64,000 nucleotides of DNA from Iphione sp. A-MEVVRFRX5 (GCA_976226885.1 OZ320313.1:159712001-159776000), one strand, 5' to 3'; shown: positions 1 through 14,700, numbered from the stretch's first letter. Made by a program: numbers and translations. The notes: generated from the sequence alone by a model not told the origin.

Positions 1-1157
1 AGTTCAAACTTACTCAAGACCGACCCTAAAGGTTTAATTTAATATATTGAAGGAGTTCTTATAACGGAATAAATTGTCTTGAACTGTCTTTGCAGAAGTA
101 TTCTCATGGGAGTCTAGTAGATATTTACTTCTGCTATAAATATGAAGATAATAAATAGACGGAGAGCTATATTTTCTGCTTAGACCCGCGAGCTCAAGTG
201 TAATTACAAGAATTGACCGTTACCAGCGTTGAGGCTTCCCTTGTCTTGCCCTCTGACAATGCCTGCACTGATAAAATATTCATTGGAATATATACATAGG
301 GACAATAATTGCAAACCGGGTTGCTAGGATATAGTGTTGTAGAGGTCTTGTTGAGTATATGATGACGGAAAGACTCGTGCCAACATAATACCATTGTCTC
401 GCCCCAAAGGCTACAATAGAACGGTCTATGAGGTATGCCTTTACTGAGAATTCCGCAGCGTACTTCTTTAGATGGGGTGATCCCAGACATTTTCGTGATT
501 TAAAAAGCAGAATACTCTTAGAGTAGGCAGACGGAGACGTTTTAAAAAGAATTGATGGCACTTTTGTGAAGCAAGTTCACAACGTGAGGAATTAGCTTAT
601 GTTTAGCTTTCATATGTCGGGCTTCATAATACTGTGTGGCTTAGCTCTAATATTTGATGGAACCTAAAAAACGCTGTCTCTGTTGCAAAGGCGATGGATA
701 ATATTTGTATTGAAAAGGAAAATGTATCGACTTGTACACAGTCAGGAGCGTGTTGGAGCCTGGCACAATACTTCATGAACCCATCATCCATCCAGAATGA
801 TTCAGAGTAGGAACTCTATAATGCGACCACTCATCGGACAGGGCTGGTTTGCCTGCCACTGCCGGTTGGTCCCATTTCTGAATTATTTCACTGCACAGAA
901 AGGTTCCTTGGAATTAAGCATAAGTGCCCATAACTGCAAGTGACCACCCACCTAGTCGAGTTTCCTGTAAGGCGTGTCGCAAATGTGTTAAATGTGTATT
1001 AGCTTAATGACTGCCGTGAACCTCAATTGTAAAAAAAACATATTTTTTAACAAATTGTGAAAAAAAACACCGTGCATGACGTAAAAGTGGCAACTTCTAC
1101 CACTTGTTTCATGAAGAAGTTAAAGATATTATATAAATACGTTGGTGATGTACTTAC

Positions 1158-1286
1158 ACTCGACTGTTACCCGCATCTGGCGGCTAACCGCAGGCGGCAC
1201 TCCGTTGTCCGCCACGCATTCATATATGTCATCGCAATAACGCGAAACGTTCTGTATGATAATCATTTCTCCTTTCAACCCTATCC
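1158..1286 (-). CDS. Internal exon of lachesin/IgLON-like Ig cell-adhesion gene (second half of an Ig domain)
   Basis: Acceptor tttcag| at 1287/1286 and donor |gtaagt at 1158/1157; 129 nt, phase 1 to phase 1. Encodes (R)IGLKGEMIIIQNVSRYCDDIYECVADNGVPPAVSRQMRVTVE, with the Ig F-strand motif D-x-Y-E-C-x-A-x-N-G-V typical of lachesin-like proteins. Confidence 0.93.
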
Positions 1287-2559
1287 CTGAAACGACATGG
1301 AAAAGAAAAAAACAGCGGATGTTAGTTATTACACGAAACATATTCAAGAGCTGATCTGGTACATGGATTCAATGAGTATACAGAGAAAAGTATTTTTTTG
1401 CGGTCGAAATGCTGGTCATGTTTCTGTCAAATCTCATTGCCGAATATTTCTTGGCATGTTTTTTTCCATTGCGTGTCTGAATCGATGAGTAAGTATGAGG
1501 GTAAATGTTCTATTACCTCCGCTTCCCGTGTGTGGCTTCTGTAGGTTGGAGACTGAGTACGTTGTATATGAAAGGAAGTGTTAGCCTCAAAAAGAGGGGG
1601 CTGTCCGTCTAGATGTACTACAACATGCGTTTTTTTTCTTAGGAAAGACAGGAAAAAGGCGCTCTAGGAAGTGGAAATGACAGTGGTGGTCGAGGTTATG
1701 CATGCAAACATGCCGAGGTCAAAAGGGGATCATTGACTGACAAAGGCATGGTGGTATTGGTGTTTCAAAAAACGATTGTCATTTCACAGCTGCGCCTAAA
1801 TTTATATCGGTTGTTAATAGACTAATGAGAACATATTTCGGGAAGAACTATTTAGAAAGGTCTGTGAGGCTTTTTGTGAGCATCCTGCTGCAGATTTACA
1901 AACAATCAAAGGAAATTCATGTGCGTGACTTGCTTGAAGTTCTGTATAGCTTTCCTTTGTAAATGCAAACTTTGAGTTGATGGTGTGAATATCTTCTCTT
2001 CCTTTTTAGTGAAATGAAACGCTTGCTATAGATGAACTAACGTTGTTTTTTCTTCGATGAGATAGTAAGCAACTATTCGTAAATTGTACTCATTCATTAT
2101 AGACATCTCGTGGCATGGTTTGTATTTGAAAGTCAGAAGATTTAAATTGTCCTGTCTCTGCGTCAGTCGAGGCATCTAACGTTTGACACATGTACAGTTT
2201 GGCTTTTTTCACGTTTTTATGTGATTCAACAAATATCATAGGTACAATCAAAATGCTATCCGCATAGTATGGTTACGATATCCTTCCCTAATAAATTAAT
2301 AACATAAATACGATAGGGTGGTAACGAAAGACGACACCATCAAGAGACATGCAGAAGTAAATATTATGCAGATGTGTGACTCATTCAAGAAGGCGTTTGT
2401 CAATCACATAATCACTAGTACTTTAGGAATTGTTGGCCAAATAGAACATGGACCAGAGAAGCAATGGTTGCTTTCTTTTTACAAAGCAAGGTAGATCCAC
2501 AGTTTCACAGAATACAAAAGATATTTTCAGTACGACCTCTCTATTGCAACACTGCTTGT

Positions 2560-2915
2560 TGCAAATTAACTATCTCCGTTATAGGAACATGTTAGAATAG
2601 TGAGGGAATTTCGCATCAAATGGCTTCAATTCTGTATCCCATTGCTATACTAAAAACAGTGAGAGTACTGGAGTAATGAGGTGTCCGAATAGTAAGGGAT
2701 TACTGTACCAGAACTTCTAAAAGAAGGAAGGAGTGACTAAAAATATCAACTTCCAAACCACATAAACTATTTCGTATGGACTACAGCTATATGACAACCA
2801 TGCATGAGTATGTAAAGACGTTGAGAAGTAATAGATTGGTATGTGACTGAATGAACCAATAATGATGGGTATGTTTGAATGGTGGCTTCAGGGGCTTGAT
2901 TTGATTTGATTCATA
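2560..2915 (+). mobile_element. Old LINE 3'-end relic
   Basis: IPLLY*KQ*EYWS (cf. PILLYGxEVWG), ending in a (ttgat)n tail at about 2896-2911. Confidence 0.3.
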
Positions 2916-4344
2916 AAGAACATTAGATATCTTTCTCGTATTTCACCATCTTAGGACATTCGAAACTATTTTTCTAACTCTAACAATATTGATTATTGGT
3001 GTTTACTAAAAACGTCTAATAGTGATGGCTTTGCTCTGTGGTTATGTCTATCTAAACAGAAATAATTGTAATGAATATTGAAAATATTTTGAACACGTCT
3101 GCATTTAACACACTCTATTGATATAAAAAAATTTACAAAAGCACAATATTGAAATAACGGCGGTTGAAAACACACATAATTATGATAATTATAGAAGAAT
3201 TCCCGAAAGTCGGTTAGGAACAACATAAACAGCCATTTAATCGGACATATGCCACATGTGATCATGCCAATAACCCTTTATACAGCAAGCTCACTCCTGG
3301 TGTTCACCAAAGGTGTACTGGTAGTGTCTAGTGTGTAAGAGTCTCAATCGTGGCCAACTGCACGCCATTTTTGGTCGATCATACAACTGCCCAGGAATCA
3401 GCCTTTTGTCGGAGGAGGCGAACAGAGCTGGCAACAAGCCACATTGTTCAACCAGTCACAGGGAGCTATTTGCGATTATATACACATAGTGCTTCTTTGG
3501 TAGGAACAAGGTCCAGAACATGCTTCTATGGTCTTCACTCTAAGGGTTCACCGACACAAGAAAAAATGTACGTTACGTATAATATGAAGTGAAAAACCTA
3601 AGCGGTTCAGCTGTTGCGAAGCCGATGAGGCGTGCTGAGTATCTATTCTTATCAATAAATTAGTGTGCACAATACACTCTGATTATTTTAGAAGACAATG
3701 TTGGTAGCAATATGTCATTGGGCCAGGTAAAAAGAGTAAGGAATGCAAAGGGGATGAAGGAAGGTAGGGTTATGACGTCGGTTTTTTTGGGATCGTATAC
3801 AAGGATATATTATATTTAAAATATAAGGAGGGGAGCGGCACAACAAATGAAAATAGAAAGGAGTTCGAGCTGCAGGAGGAGCTGAGACTACATCTCCGAT
3901 TTCTCAGAGTATTTCAATGGGACAACCACAATGTGGGATAAGCGACTCAGCAACAAAACGAAAGCTGATCATATTCTCGCTCATAGACTGCCTAGTATGA
4001 ATGCACCGGAAACGTCGAAAATGATATGCGCCGGAGTTGAAAGAAGAGAAAGTATCCGAAATATGCAACAGAATATAGATTGCAAACGTAACGTTTTTTT
4101 GCATATCCAATAAATGCGGCACGGTTACTGTTCTTCGAACTTCGAACAAAATTTCGTTTCCTCAAACATCGTTGCACCTGTGTCTGGAATACCATGTAGC
4201 TAATCAATCTAAAGCTAAAAATAATTAGACTTTCATGTGGGATGGGCTAGGAGGTTTCACATCACTGAACAAAGATTGAAACAGGGAGGAGGTGAGAAAT
4301 AGGGCTTTTACCTGACCCAAACCCATGAGGTTTGCACATCTTAC

Positions 4345-4497
4345 TTTCTTTTTCAGTGATTTTGGCCATGGCCGGTCGGCGGTACCACGTCACGTCGGGG
4401 CGCGGCACGCCAGTGACGTTACATATGAGGACCACGGTATCCCCTTCTTGCACTGTAACATCATCGCTGGATAGTTCGTCTATGATCTGCGCCGGAA
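4345..4497 (-). CDS. Internal exon of the same Ig gene (first half of the Ig domain)
   Basis: Acceptor tttttttaaattgcag| at 4498/4497 and donor |gtaaga at 4345/4344; 153 nt, phase 1 to phase 1. Encodes (V)PAQIIDELSSDDVTVQEGDTVVLICNVTGVPRPDVTWYRRPAMAKITEKE (B-strand Cys, C-strand Trp). The final A plus GG of the 1286 exon gives AGG (Arg), so the two exons join in frame. Confidence 0.93.
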
Positions 4498-5465
4498 CTG
4501 CAATTTAAAAAAAAACAAGTCATATTAATGTTTAGCCATAGAAAATTATTGACTATCCGAGTCTGTACGAAGAAATATAGATACACTGCATCTTCGTACG
4601 GTGCCAACTTATTTTGCCTTATATAGCTGCCTAGAATTATGATATTAACATACGGCAGATATTCACTCTATAGCTATGTGCATCAGAATCAGTCCTCTTC
4701 AGTAAAATAATAATATTTCTGATGCGCAACAAAGACCTTTGATTAGATAATGTCAAACTGCTAATGTTGCATCAGGACTATTGAAACTGTCACAGGTTGG
4801 CATACAAATTCAAGCTTAATCGCGCTTCCTACAATACTTTTCCAATTTGTCTTTTTTGTCCACGCTCATAAACTCGACATTCGATTCTCGTTCTAATCGA
4901 AAAGAAGCACTTTAATCTATCTCGGATGACTTTCATCGTTCATTAGCATAGAACATGTCAAACACAAGGTTCACACTTTGCCGTAAAAGAGCTGAATAAC
5001 CGTAATGCTTTCCTAAAAACATAAATAAAAGACATTCGCTATAGATCCCTGGGAATACTAACCAGTGTGATATAATATCCTCTCGCCATATCAACTGTAT
5101 GTTTTGTATACATACACACTTTCACATAAATACACATATATAGATTGCCTCAAACTTTATGGCGACGATTAAATAATAATTTGAAGTCAACACAATTTGC
5201 TTGTTATGCCAGTGATACCGTGGCCAGTGAACAATGTATAGCTGGGCTATCTAGTTGTAACTTGTCTCCTAAGCTCGGATGAATGGTGGTTGGTGAAATA
5301 AAGAATGTCCACATGAAATCTGCATTCAACATTGTCTGTCTTAAGTGCAGTGAGGGACTAACTCTTTATTCAGGAAGTAGGTTCCTTATATAGAAAGTCT
5401 GGCCCTAAGTCAGAATTCTTCCAGTTCAAGTAGGAAAATCTGCAGATTGCCATAAGCCCTGCCTT

Positions 5466-5506
5466 TTTGTGTCTTGAGTCAGAATAGTTCCGACTCAAGA
5501 CCCAAA
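5466..5506. repeat. Imperfect hairpin belonging to a small repeat also seen at 1-60 and 5409-5430
   Basis: tttg.gtcttgagtc/gactcaagac.caaa stem. The right arm and following AT run (actcaagacc...ttaatttaatat) recur at about 12-45, and gtcagaat..ttcc.g.tcaag recurs at 5409. Confidence 0.6.
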
Positions 5507-5524
5507 GTCTCTTAATTTAATATC

Positions 5525-6200
5525 TTAGCTTAGCGAAATACAACTCTTAGGTATTGAAAGCCCAATATTCCAGGTTGAGAACAAACTGCTACATAGTACT
5601 TCACTGTCCACTGCATATAGAATCCAGGGCAGAGATGGATATGCATGTACCTGAATAGATGTTTTCCTTTCTAATGTATTAGGACCACAATGTAGAATAA
5701 TACTAATAATATGTTTATTCACTTCTCGTTGATTTGATAAAAGGAAGTCTTCCAGTGACATAAGAAAATGTATAGGATCAGAACAACACGTCAATGTGGC
5801 TTCAGCAGAGACAGGACAGCACAAATGTAAAGAACATAAGTAAATGAACATATGGATAACACACGGCAGTTATACGCTAACATAATATGGCTAATAAATA
5901 ATCAATCCATTACACATTTTTTCATGATTTATATAGATAACAAGATGAAGAATCACCTCTATCTTGCATTAAAATATCCCCTTGGACCAATCAGTATAAA
6001 GAATAAGATATACCTTTAAAACCACATCATTATGAGAGCACAGCTCCATGGCCGGCCTACTTTTGGGCAACGTTTTATATAGGAAGTGTAATCACAGTTA
6101 ACTGGACATGGGATAACAAAAGAAACACAAGGTATCATAGCAGCTATAGACAACACAGTGTGACTGTTACATAAGCATGAAAACCTCTGTGGACATCCCT
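5525..6200 (-). pseudogene. Possible decayed herpes-tegument-like deubiquitinase (peptidase C76-like) fragment of the kind carried by Helitron-type elements
   Basis: Frameshifted pieces SCLCNSHTVLSIA, WSKG/DILMQDRGD and SLEDFLL...IISIILHCGPNT resemble the QCxCNS, W..DLDxILxxGDxLY and SLExAL...ILTxG motifs. By-eye only. Confidence 0.25.
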
Positions 6201-8651
6201 TTGAATTAGCAAGCATTAGGGAGGGGGTTCATATATGTGTGAAAAGCTGGCCAGGACTTCCTAAACACAAAAACAACACAGGCCAGAAGGACTATCATTG
6301 GTTGAAACATTAATTACTTTATTATTACGTACACAGGGCATCAGGGATTCTCTTTCAAAGTTACCGTGGTTAAAACAACATTAATTTCATTAATATTATG
6401 CAAGTTTTCCCTGCCAGGAGATGCATGGGTCCCTATTTTATCAACTGGATAACCCATTATCCATACAAAAAAATTCCTGCAATGAACTAACTCCTGTTAA
6501 CTGCATTCGACTGTATAATATTCTAGCCTTAAAGCTTTCATAGCGTAGTCATTCCTTCCTTATTATATAATTCTTGACTCCTCTACCCATCTGTTTTTAA
6601 CATTATCTTCCATTTTTGTGAACCTTGGAATTGAAGTTGATTCCACAGATTGATGCCGACTTAGATGAATCTACTGTACAAAGTGTGTTCTGTGGCTTGA
6701 TCTGGAACAATATTCTGGTGGATCAGACAATTGTTTTCTTTGACAGTAACCCTAGATGACACAGCATATGTGTCAGGAGGATTATATTATGCTCGCCTCT
6801 TATATTATGTTCGCCCTTAAAGTTGTCCCCAGGGTGGACGATTTTGTCATCCTCAGAGTGCCCATTAACGCCAGTTTCACTGTTCTGTTAGAATCAATTT
6901 GAAGCTGCTCAATCACCTTTCTACGTCTCTTTGCTGCAAAAATCAGACCATAACGATGGCAGAACACATGCCTGAAAACAAGACAAGTCGATTTTCAAAC
7001 CTCAAAGAGTGCGCAAGCCTTGATATACACCTCCCTCGCTGATGTACCTTTTCCTGATTTAATTGGCAAGGGGCACCCACGTTAGCTGATCGTACAACCT
7101 ATATCCAAGAAGGTAATTTCTGCAGATTTATCAAGTGGACCCCCCGTCGACTCCAAGTCAAGATTAAATTGCGCAGACTTGTTAAAAGGAATGTAGTTTG
7201 TCCTAGTCAGATTGGTATTCAGACCTTGTTTGCAACAAAAATCCTCTGTATCTCTTATCCCGCGTAGTAGTTTCAACCGAAGTGCCACTATGCTAGCTGT
7301 TAAACAGAAAATTGTGACGTCGTCGACCTACATGACGGAGTCAGTAATTGCAAAGCGTTCGGTAGATCGTTGGTCACAATCGACAACAGTAGGGGTATTT
7401 CTATACGGAAGAAGTGCCTGCAAAAGTGTACGTTACCTGATTAGGTAAACTCAATTTTCCTTCTTAATGGTTTTGAATGTAAAAATAAAATTGTAAACCA
7501 ATACTACGCTATAGTTAGCTATAGACAAAATCGAGCAGGTGATAGCATTCACAGGATCGTTCCCCCTGTCGTAAGCCCAGTTTCGTCATCGACCATTAAT
7601 CAAGTTTATTTTCGTCCTCCTATCTCATATATCTGTACAGGCACCATAGCCAAGGCCAACCTATGGTGAGTCTGTCATTACAAAATCTAACCTACTCTAT
7701 CATTGTGCTCAATGACTGAACACAAAATGCCCATTTTCTGTCGTGCAAGCGCCCTGTTTTAACTCAGAGGGTGCATTGTCCTGCAAGTTCTGTGACAAAC
7801 GCATGCAGAACGACTACCTGTGTATCAAGCTAGGGGTATGTTCGTGTTAATTACACCTCCCCCAAACATGCAATAATGATAACTGTTGCCATGCCTAATG
7901 AGAGATCAACAGCCGGTGCTTATCATCAACAGTCGAGGTGCTTACTATTTGAGATGTATGTAACGTACCCTGGAGAAGAAATGAGAATCTAGGTTGCTGC
8001 ATTTGGGCGGTCTTCATCAGATGTTGCTTTGTACGACTATGAACAATGTTACCGTATGTATTCTGATTAACGTCACCTCGTTCCGCTGCCTTTAGATTCA
8101 TTGCGATCTCAGTATAACAGCGGTCGAAACACATGAATGCAATACCGACGGAGAGGCTAATTCAGCGCAATAATAACCCCCCGTGCTTGTTTCCTTCCCT
8201 TTTTTCCTTATCGCCGTAATACAATAGAGTATGCCCTGTGTGCTTGAAGGCTCAGCAAACATCAAAGTTGTATATGGTTGGTTGTAATTTGGCTAATCAG
8301 GAGTATGGGTGGTCCTCAGAGGTCCGGCACCCGACCGGTTGATGGAAGAGCTAGGCAGCCTCCCCTCTGGACGCAGTGGCGAGCAGTTAAGACGACAGAT
8401 GGCGCTCAGGTCGCAGCGGCCTTCGGAGAAGCTGAACTGGTGGGTGTCCGGCCGAAAGGGCGGGGAAGGGCGCGGGGATGCATGGGAAGGTGACTGTATG
8501 TGGATATATACAGTGCTGCGACAGCATGGGAGAGACCTGCCCTAAACACGGCGTCATTGGGCATGCCTGTGCGTCTGTAGGAGGGGACAGGATGGGCCAT
8601 GACTTCTCATGTTTCTTTGGTTATTTTCCTCCGTGTGCGCGAGTGCAGGCA

Positions 8652-8681
8652 TGTGTGTGTGTATGTGTGTGTGTGTGTGTG
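8652..8681. repeat. (TG)n microsatellite, one interruption
   Basis: tgtgtgtgtgtatgtgtgtgtgtgtgtgtg. Confidence 0.9.
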
Positions 8682-8689
8682 GACCTTCG

Positions 8690-9080
8690 CGTACGTGGCA
8701 CACGTAGAATCAAACTGACGTCATCAGCCCCTCAATGTCGCACAGTGTCACATATGTTTGTCCAGTTGGAAACCGACGGGCAGGGCGATACGGCGACTGG
8801 CTGGGATAATGGCGGGCGCGAATTGACTCGCTCCTTGACTTGAAATCAATGATGAATGTGGACGGTGCGATGGACCGCTCTATGGGGCGGGCGGAGAATC
8901 ACACATACCGCCGGCCATGATTGGCTTCATTTGGCACCGTGCCGTGCGCAAGAAGTGCCACCATACAGTAATAAAGCACGCCACAAACTGCGCGCCAGCC
9001 AAAGTAGGGATATCTTTGCCGCCGTATATGGGCCTGCTCGATGGCAACCACCTCCTAATTCGGAGATCGGGTTACAAATG
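8690..9080. promoter_or_regulatory. Candidate regulatory block
   Basis: Full CRE palindrome tgacgtca (8716-8723), GC box ggggcgggc and a reverse CCAAT in a CpG-rich stretch. Confidence 0.25.
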
Positions 9081-9499
9081 AATGGTCAACCCACGCCCAA
9101 GGACCCCCCCCACCACCACCCCCACCCTTCTCTACCTTCTACCGCCAAACACGCATGCCGAGCCAATACACAAACTCGCACGTAGGCACTATCTCCATTT
9201 CCTATGAGATGTCCGTACTTCAATCGCCGACCAGGGAGAGTTAGGTGATATATCACCAGGGACTTTCCTCTGTATATCTTAAGACAAGACCCCACCCATC
9301 ATTATTAGAGAAGCTACAGAGGGGTGAAAAAATACCGCAAAACAAGTTCCCGTATGGGTGTCTAGTAAGCTCTTTCAGTTTGGTTGCCGCCCGTTATTAG
9401 AGCCACATTTTCGCATGATGTACCATTCATAAAAGAGCATTGGATCAATCAGGAACAGGTTCCTCATTCCTTGTGGTCCTTGTGTATCTTGGTTGACCC

Positions 9500-9820
9500 A
9501 GTCGACAGATCGGGGAGGTCCAACTTGAAGGGAAAGAAAGTGACGGTATGTTTCAATATAGCCGAACCTTTCCAAACTGAAAAAGAAAAAAATAAACGCT
9601 GAAAAGAAGGCATCGACCATACATGCACACCGAGCGATCCTCCGTGTCCTCCCGGGGATTGGCAAGATGCTTCTAATGGCCAATAGAGGAACCAAAGGGG
9701 ATGGGGTGCGCGCGATGCTGTACACTGACCGGGGGACTAATCTGTAAGGAATAGGCTTGGAGACGTCCGTGCTGCCTCTATATGGGGAGTGATTAGCTTC
9801 GGGTTCGAGCATGGAGAAGG
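9500..9820 (+). pseudogene. Tyrosine-recombinase relic
   Basis: DRSGRSNLKGKKVTV (cf. RSKTDxxGKGxTV) followed by a GC-rich decayed continuation. Confidence 0.25.
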
Positions 9821-11623
9821 AATCGCGGTCGCCTATTAGAGTCATCCCTCAGACCATAATGAGAGATTGATCAGCGAGAGTTGGGCCACGTTATGGTGGT
9901 CCATCCCCCGACACCAGCGACGCTTGGACCGCCCAACCGATGCTGAAAGCTCACCTGAATGGAATAGCAATTGGCCGTGAGATGCGCTTATGTATAGGTT
10001 TTTAAGTGGACTTATCAATTGGTGCGACCGCCACCCAGTCGACGCGTCTGTTCGAGCCTCGAAGATTAATGGAAGTATAGGATGTCATCGGTCACCTCCT
10101 GAACTGTACAGTGTGCTGCGAACCTTAGGATCAGCACGTAATCTACCACATTAGATATTCCCCTACAGTATGAAACAGGGATACCTGATTGGTAGAAAAC
10201 CTGCATGGAGAAACCAAGTGGTACGTGAAATTGGCATAACAAAGACCTATGGTTCTGGAAAATTTATCAAGTCATTTCCGTTGGCTGGTTTGTATGCAAT
10301 TAATTTTCATCATTGCCCATAAAGTGGTAATATTCAAGGAAGGAGAAATGATTCAACTATACGAAGCATATCATAATATACATTTAAATCTTTCGAATTA
10401 GAATAATCAAGTTAGGTTTCAATCTTTGCACCCAAAGCTTATTGTGACCAGGGTATTATTGTTAATATCCAAGCATACAAGAAAAAATCAGCCATGGAAA
10501 TTAAGGAAGGCACCTGAAATACCTTTCGACACAAAACTATTAACACCATTGGTGTAACAAATCATGATGTTAATATCAATATGAGTCGTAGGCATCATAG
10601 ATGCAACAAGGCCTATAATCATTCACTGTCTTGTTTTTGCTTCATTAGCCCTGTTCACATACATCCAGATTTTTCCGTCCCACACTCTTCTCTGGGTGCA
10701 GATTTTCTCTCAGCCTTCCCTTACCATTCTACTACTTCACAAGTACCTGGATTTTACCGTGTCCGCACACGGGTGCAGATTTCTATCCACAAAGCATGGG
10801 TTTGGTCCACACACGGATGTGGATTTCCGTAGAATGCAATGGTGAAGGAACCTCTGCAGACCATATGGCGCCAATTAAAATCAGGAAACAGCAGGGAGAA
10901 GAGTCCCTCCATGCCCGCATACTAGGCTGGATTTTTTATTAGGATGCATGTGAACGTAGCCTTTCGGGATAATATTTGGGGTAAATTAGGCTTCAGATCA
11001 TGGAACAGTCCCGGTAGACTCTCAAACATGGTATACGGTTCCTGACGAAAGTAACATACCTATAAACGATCGACAGGCAAATTTTATGGATTAAAAGGCA
11101 CACACACGACCTGTTCTCGTGGACGATTGGACTAAATATAATGTCGCTATAAAAACGTTGTTATTAATGTTGGTCACTATAGAAGTAGGTTGACCAAAAT
11201 GCCATTGCCATATATGAAAGTGGCTGAAAATGGAATGCGTGTGTCTGTCGTCAAGGCTGACAGTACCTTCCTAAGAAGTCCTTTGTTACTGTAACGGTTT
11301 TTATCATTCCCTTTTTTAAATAAGCAGTAGCACACCTGCAAAACCTTTACTTTCTTCTCCTCGTCTTGTCAGTGAGCTTGTCAAAAAGTAGGTCATTAAC
11401 CAAATGAGGCATAATTATAGGGCTCTGTATGACCTCAAACCAAGGCTTGCATGGGTTATCTCCTGCAATTGGATGCAGAAAATATATTTTCCTTTAAAAG
11501 ATTATCGTCCCGACTATACTCTCATAAATCAGTCGTTTGACTAACAATAAAGAGAGTATTCTAACGAGGGATAAGAAGAGAAATCAATAACAAAAGCGGA
11601 GCCAACTGTCTATGTTTATTGTA

Positions 11624-11715
11624 CAGTTGACTATCCCAAATGCGGACACCCTCTGTTCTTCCCAAAACCGTCCACATTTCAGATGTGTCCGGTTTACAGA
11701 TCTGTTAGTCGGCTA
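11624..11715. mobile_element. Degenerate mini-MITE, Tc1/mariner-like
   Basis: TA|cagttgacta...cggacac on the left versus gtgtccg...tagtcggcta|TA on the right; partial inverted match only. Confidence 0.35.
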
Positions 11716-14700
11716 TACAAAACAGTACTAAGGAAATAATTGTCATAAAAGTGTTGAGTTTGATGAGTTTAATTCTCAAAAGCTCAGAATTTATTGGGCA
11801 ACGCTGGATGCCCATATGCACATGTAGGTGTGGGATGTGCATATAAGAATGTGTAATGGCATCTTTTTTGTTATCCCAGTAATCTCTGTATATATGCTGT
11901 GGTGCATGTTTTCACAGTGTTTACACAATAACATCTGTTACAATGATTCGGTCCAAAAAAACATGCCTCACTTTCATGGAAGGATGGGAAAATTCCCATT
12001 TTCAAAACAGATGGACCACATGTGCATGTTACATGTATGGACACACACACTTACATGGACACATTCCTCCTGTAATCATTGTTTGAAAAAATCATGTTGA
12101 AAACATGCATGCACAGTTCACGTCAACATGTTTGCATGGAAATGTGGCCTAAAAGTCCAACCAAATGGAAAAAGTGCTGAATTTGAGGAGTATATCCTCT
12201 GCATACTATTCGAACGTGGGTGGAAAGCCAGTATAAACCTGCCGATTAGCAGTCTAAACCTGGCAATCCGTGGTCTAAATCTCTGGTGACACCTTAGACA
12301 ATGAATATCCTTCATTGCTTTGAGCTTGGACATCTGAAGGGTCGCACTAACACCTCTGCCGTTATAAATCAGTGTGATGACACCTTGTCTGCAGGAGGAT
12401 ATTTATGTCAACGAGTGAAATGATTTCTCAGACCTCTGCTGCTCCTAAGCCAGTGCGACATGAGTGTCCGCAGGGGGATGCTCCGCAAAAATGGGTATCC
12501 TGATTAGAGACATTGCATTATAATAGCTATGTAAGGGAAAATGGGTCGGTTCTTCTGCTAACCATCAACATTTAGGGTGCGTCCTGTTTGCAGACAAGGG
12601 GAGAGTGGACTGTACATTCATCTGCAATGAAGACCATCAGTCAGGCAACCAAGTGAGCTTGTACGTATCTGCATATGTACGTATCTACATATGAGTCGGT
12701 TCTATTTTTTGTTATACTTTTTAATAAAAACATGCAGAAAATTACTCTATTTAAACATATCGAACTAAAATTTCAACCTTGTCATGTACACATACAGGCA
12801 GCCAAGTATCAAGAGATATGTAATTTGAAAATGAATCCCACTGCTATCAATTACCTTTAAGTACAGAAATAAGAATCAGTATCCGAATTCCTGCTATATG
12901 GGAATGAAAAGATCGAAATAGCGCCCATAAAAATATTTGAACTCCTGGCTTTATCTCAGGTTCATTACATCAGATATTATTCAACATCTTTCAAGAACGT
13001 CCAGGAAAAGATCTCTTATGATAGTTTTATTTTCTTTTACACATGGAATACAAACAAGCTGTCGCATTTATTAAACGGGTAAGCAGGCAAAAATAACCAG
13101 TTAGATATATGATGTAGACCTTGCTAATTTCCAAAATCGAATCCAACCAGAGCAAAATACCCGTATTTCCTAGCAGGCTTTCCTATCTGTACAGCCGTGA
13201 CCCCTAAACTGGAGACTTGACAACAGGAAAACCGCATTAGCCAGACTCAACTTGAGGAACAGGTGTATTTCAGTTCATATTTGTAGAGCTTAACCAGATA
13301 TTCATTTTCAATATCTGGAGTATATTTTTATTTTTAAAGACCAATTAGAATTAATGTTTTAAGTGAACTCTTTAAGCTGAGGGAATATAAAGGGAGGCGT
13401 CATCATGATATTGAAGGGGGGGGGGCTTGGCTATGGCTACTAGTGGAAACAACACAGGGCATCATGCAGAAGGGGGAAGGTATGTTTGCTATTGCAGGCA
13501 TTAGGGCCACTTGGCCGCAACTTCATAATAAATAAAGACAACACGGGGTGTCATCCACATGGGGGTGCGGGGGGTGGGTCTCTTCGATATAGTCAGTGCC
13601 AGAGTGACTATCATCTACGTGCAGGTATAGACAACACATATAATTTATGTATATTTTACTATTATGCAACATTTCCACACCAGAAGATGGTAGTGTACCT
13701 GGCTCAACAAGCAGATAATCTGGTATCTGAGCAAAATATGCAAAAAACGGGAGGTATCTGGCTGACGAGCTTTGACTGTATTTCAAATCACTTTTTACCG
13801 AGCAAATTACTGTCATGAAGATTCTGGTTTATATTGCACTGAAAGCCTCATATTTCGGCTATCGTATTGCATAACAGCATTAAAAACTGAAATGTTCAAT
13901 TTTCTCTTCTTAGACACTTCAACTTAAGTAGTCATATCATATCATTTCTTGTAGTGCATCGAAAGTGTTCGCCCTTTTGTCATGCAAGGGTATATGATAT
14001 GCCAGCGGACGTCTCTGTTATTAGGGACCGTATGTAACTACGTCATTTTCCAGCTGCATCCATGATCCATATCCATTCGAAAAACCTTCTTTCAGATGCC
14101 AACCGACTGCGTTGCCATCATATACAGCTGAGTTGATATAAGAAAATCGTTCACTGACGTTGAACAATTGTCATTTACATTGTGCGAAACTGTATGATAT
14201 ACAGGTTTCATTTGCTGAAGGTTACATGATGCTGGCCACGAACAATATGGCAAAGCAGCGACTGCCATACAGACCGTCCCTCTAAGGACGACCAAGGTCT
14301 GTGCAGCCACGTAGTGATGAACGGCTGCTTGGATTTGCCACTCTCCTACAGAGGTCGCTGCAGGTGTTTCCGGTTAAAGGTGAAGTCAAGGCCCCCCACC
14401 GGGGTCAGGGGTCAGATGCAGTGTCCTCTGGTCGGCCGGTCCGCATCAGGTAGCTGATATATGGGACCTTTATGTATGACGCACATCCCCCACCCCTGGG
14501 GCCCCACCAGAGCCACCGGCCATCCCTCCCCCCCCCCCTCCTTCCCACCTTGGCGACCCCCAGCTTGGCGTAGGGATCTTCGTGCGCAGGTGGCTGCGAG
14601 GTAACGTTTGGCAGAGACAGACCCGCTGGCGGTTCGGACTGCTCGTTATAAATGCAGCGGAGGGAGCGCATCGCCGTCGTCCAAATGACAGAGGAACTGG

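Noticed and set aside
7640-7835. Plus-strand micro-exon-like segments (25 nt; GALSCKFCDKR...)
   Set aside because: They cannot be joined in an open frame and no further exons support a nested gene.
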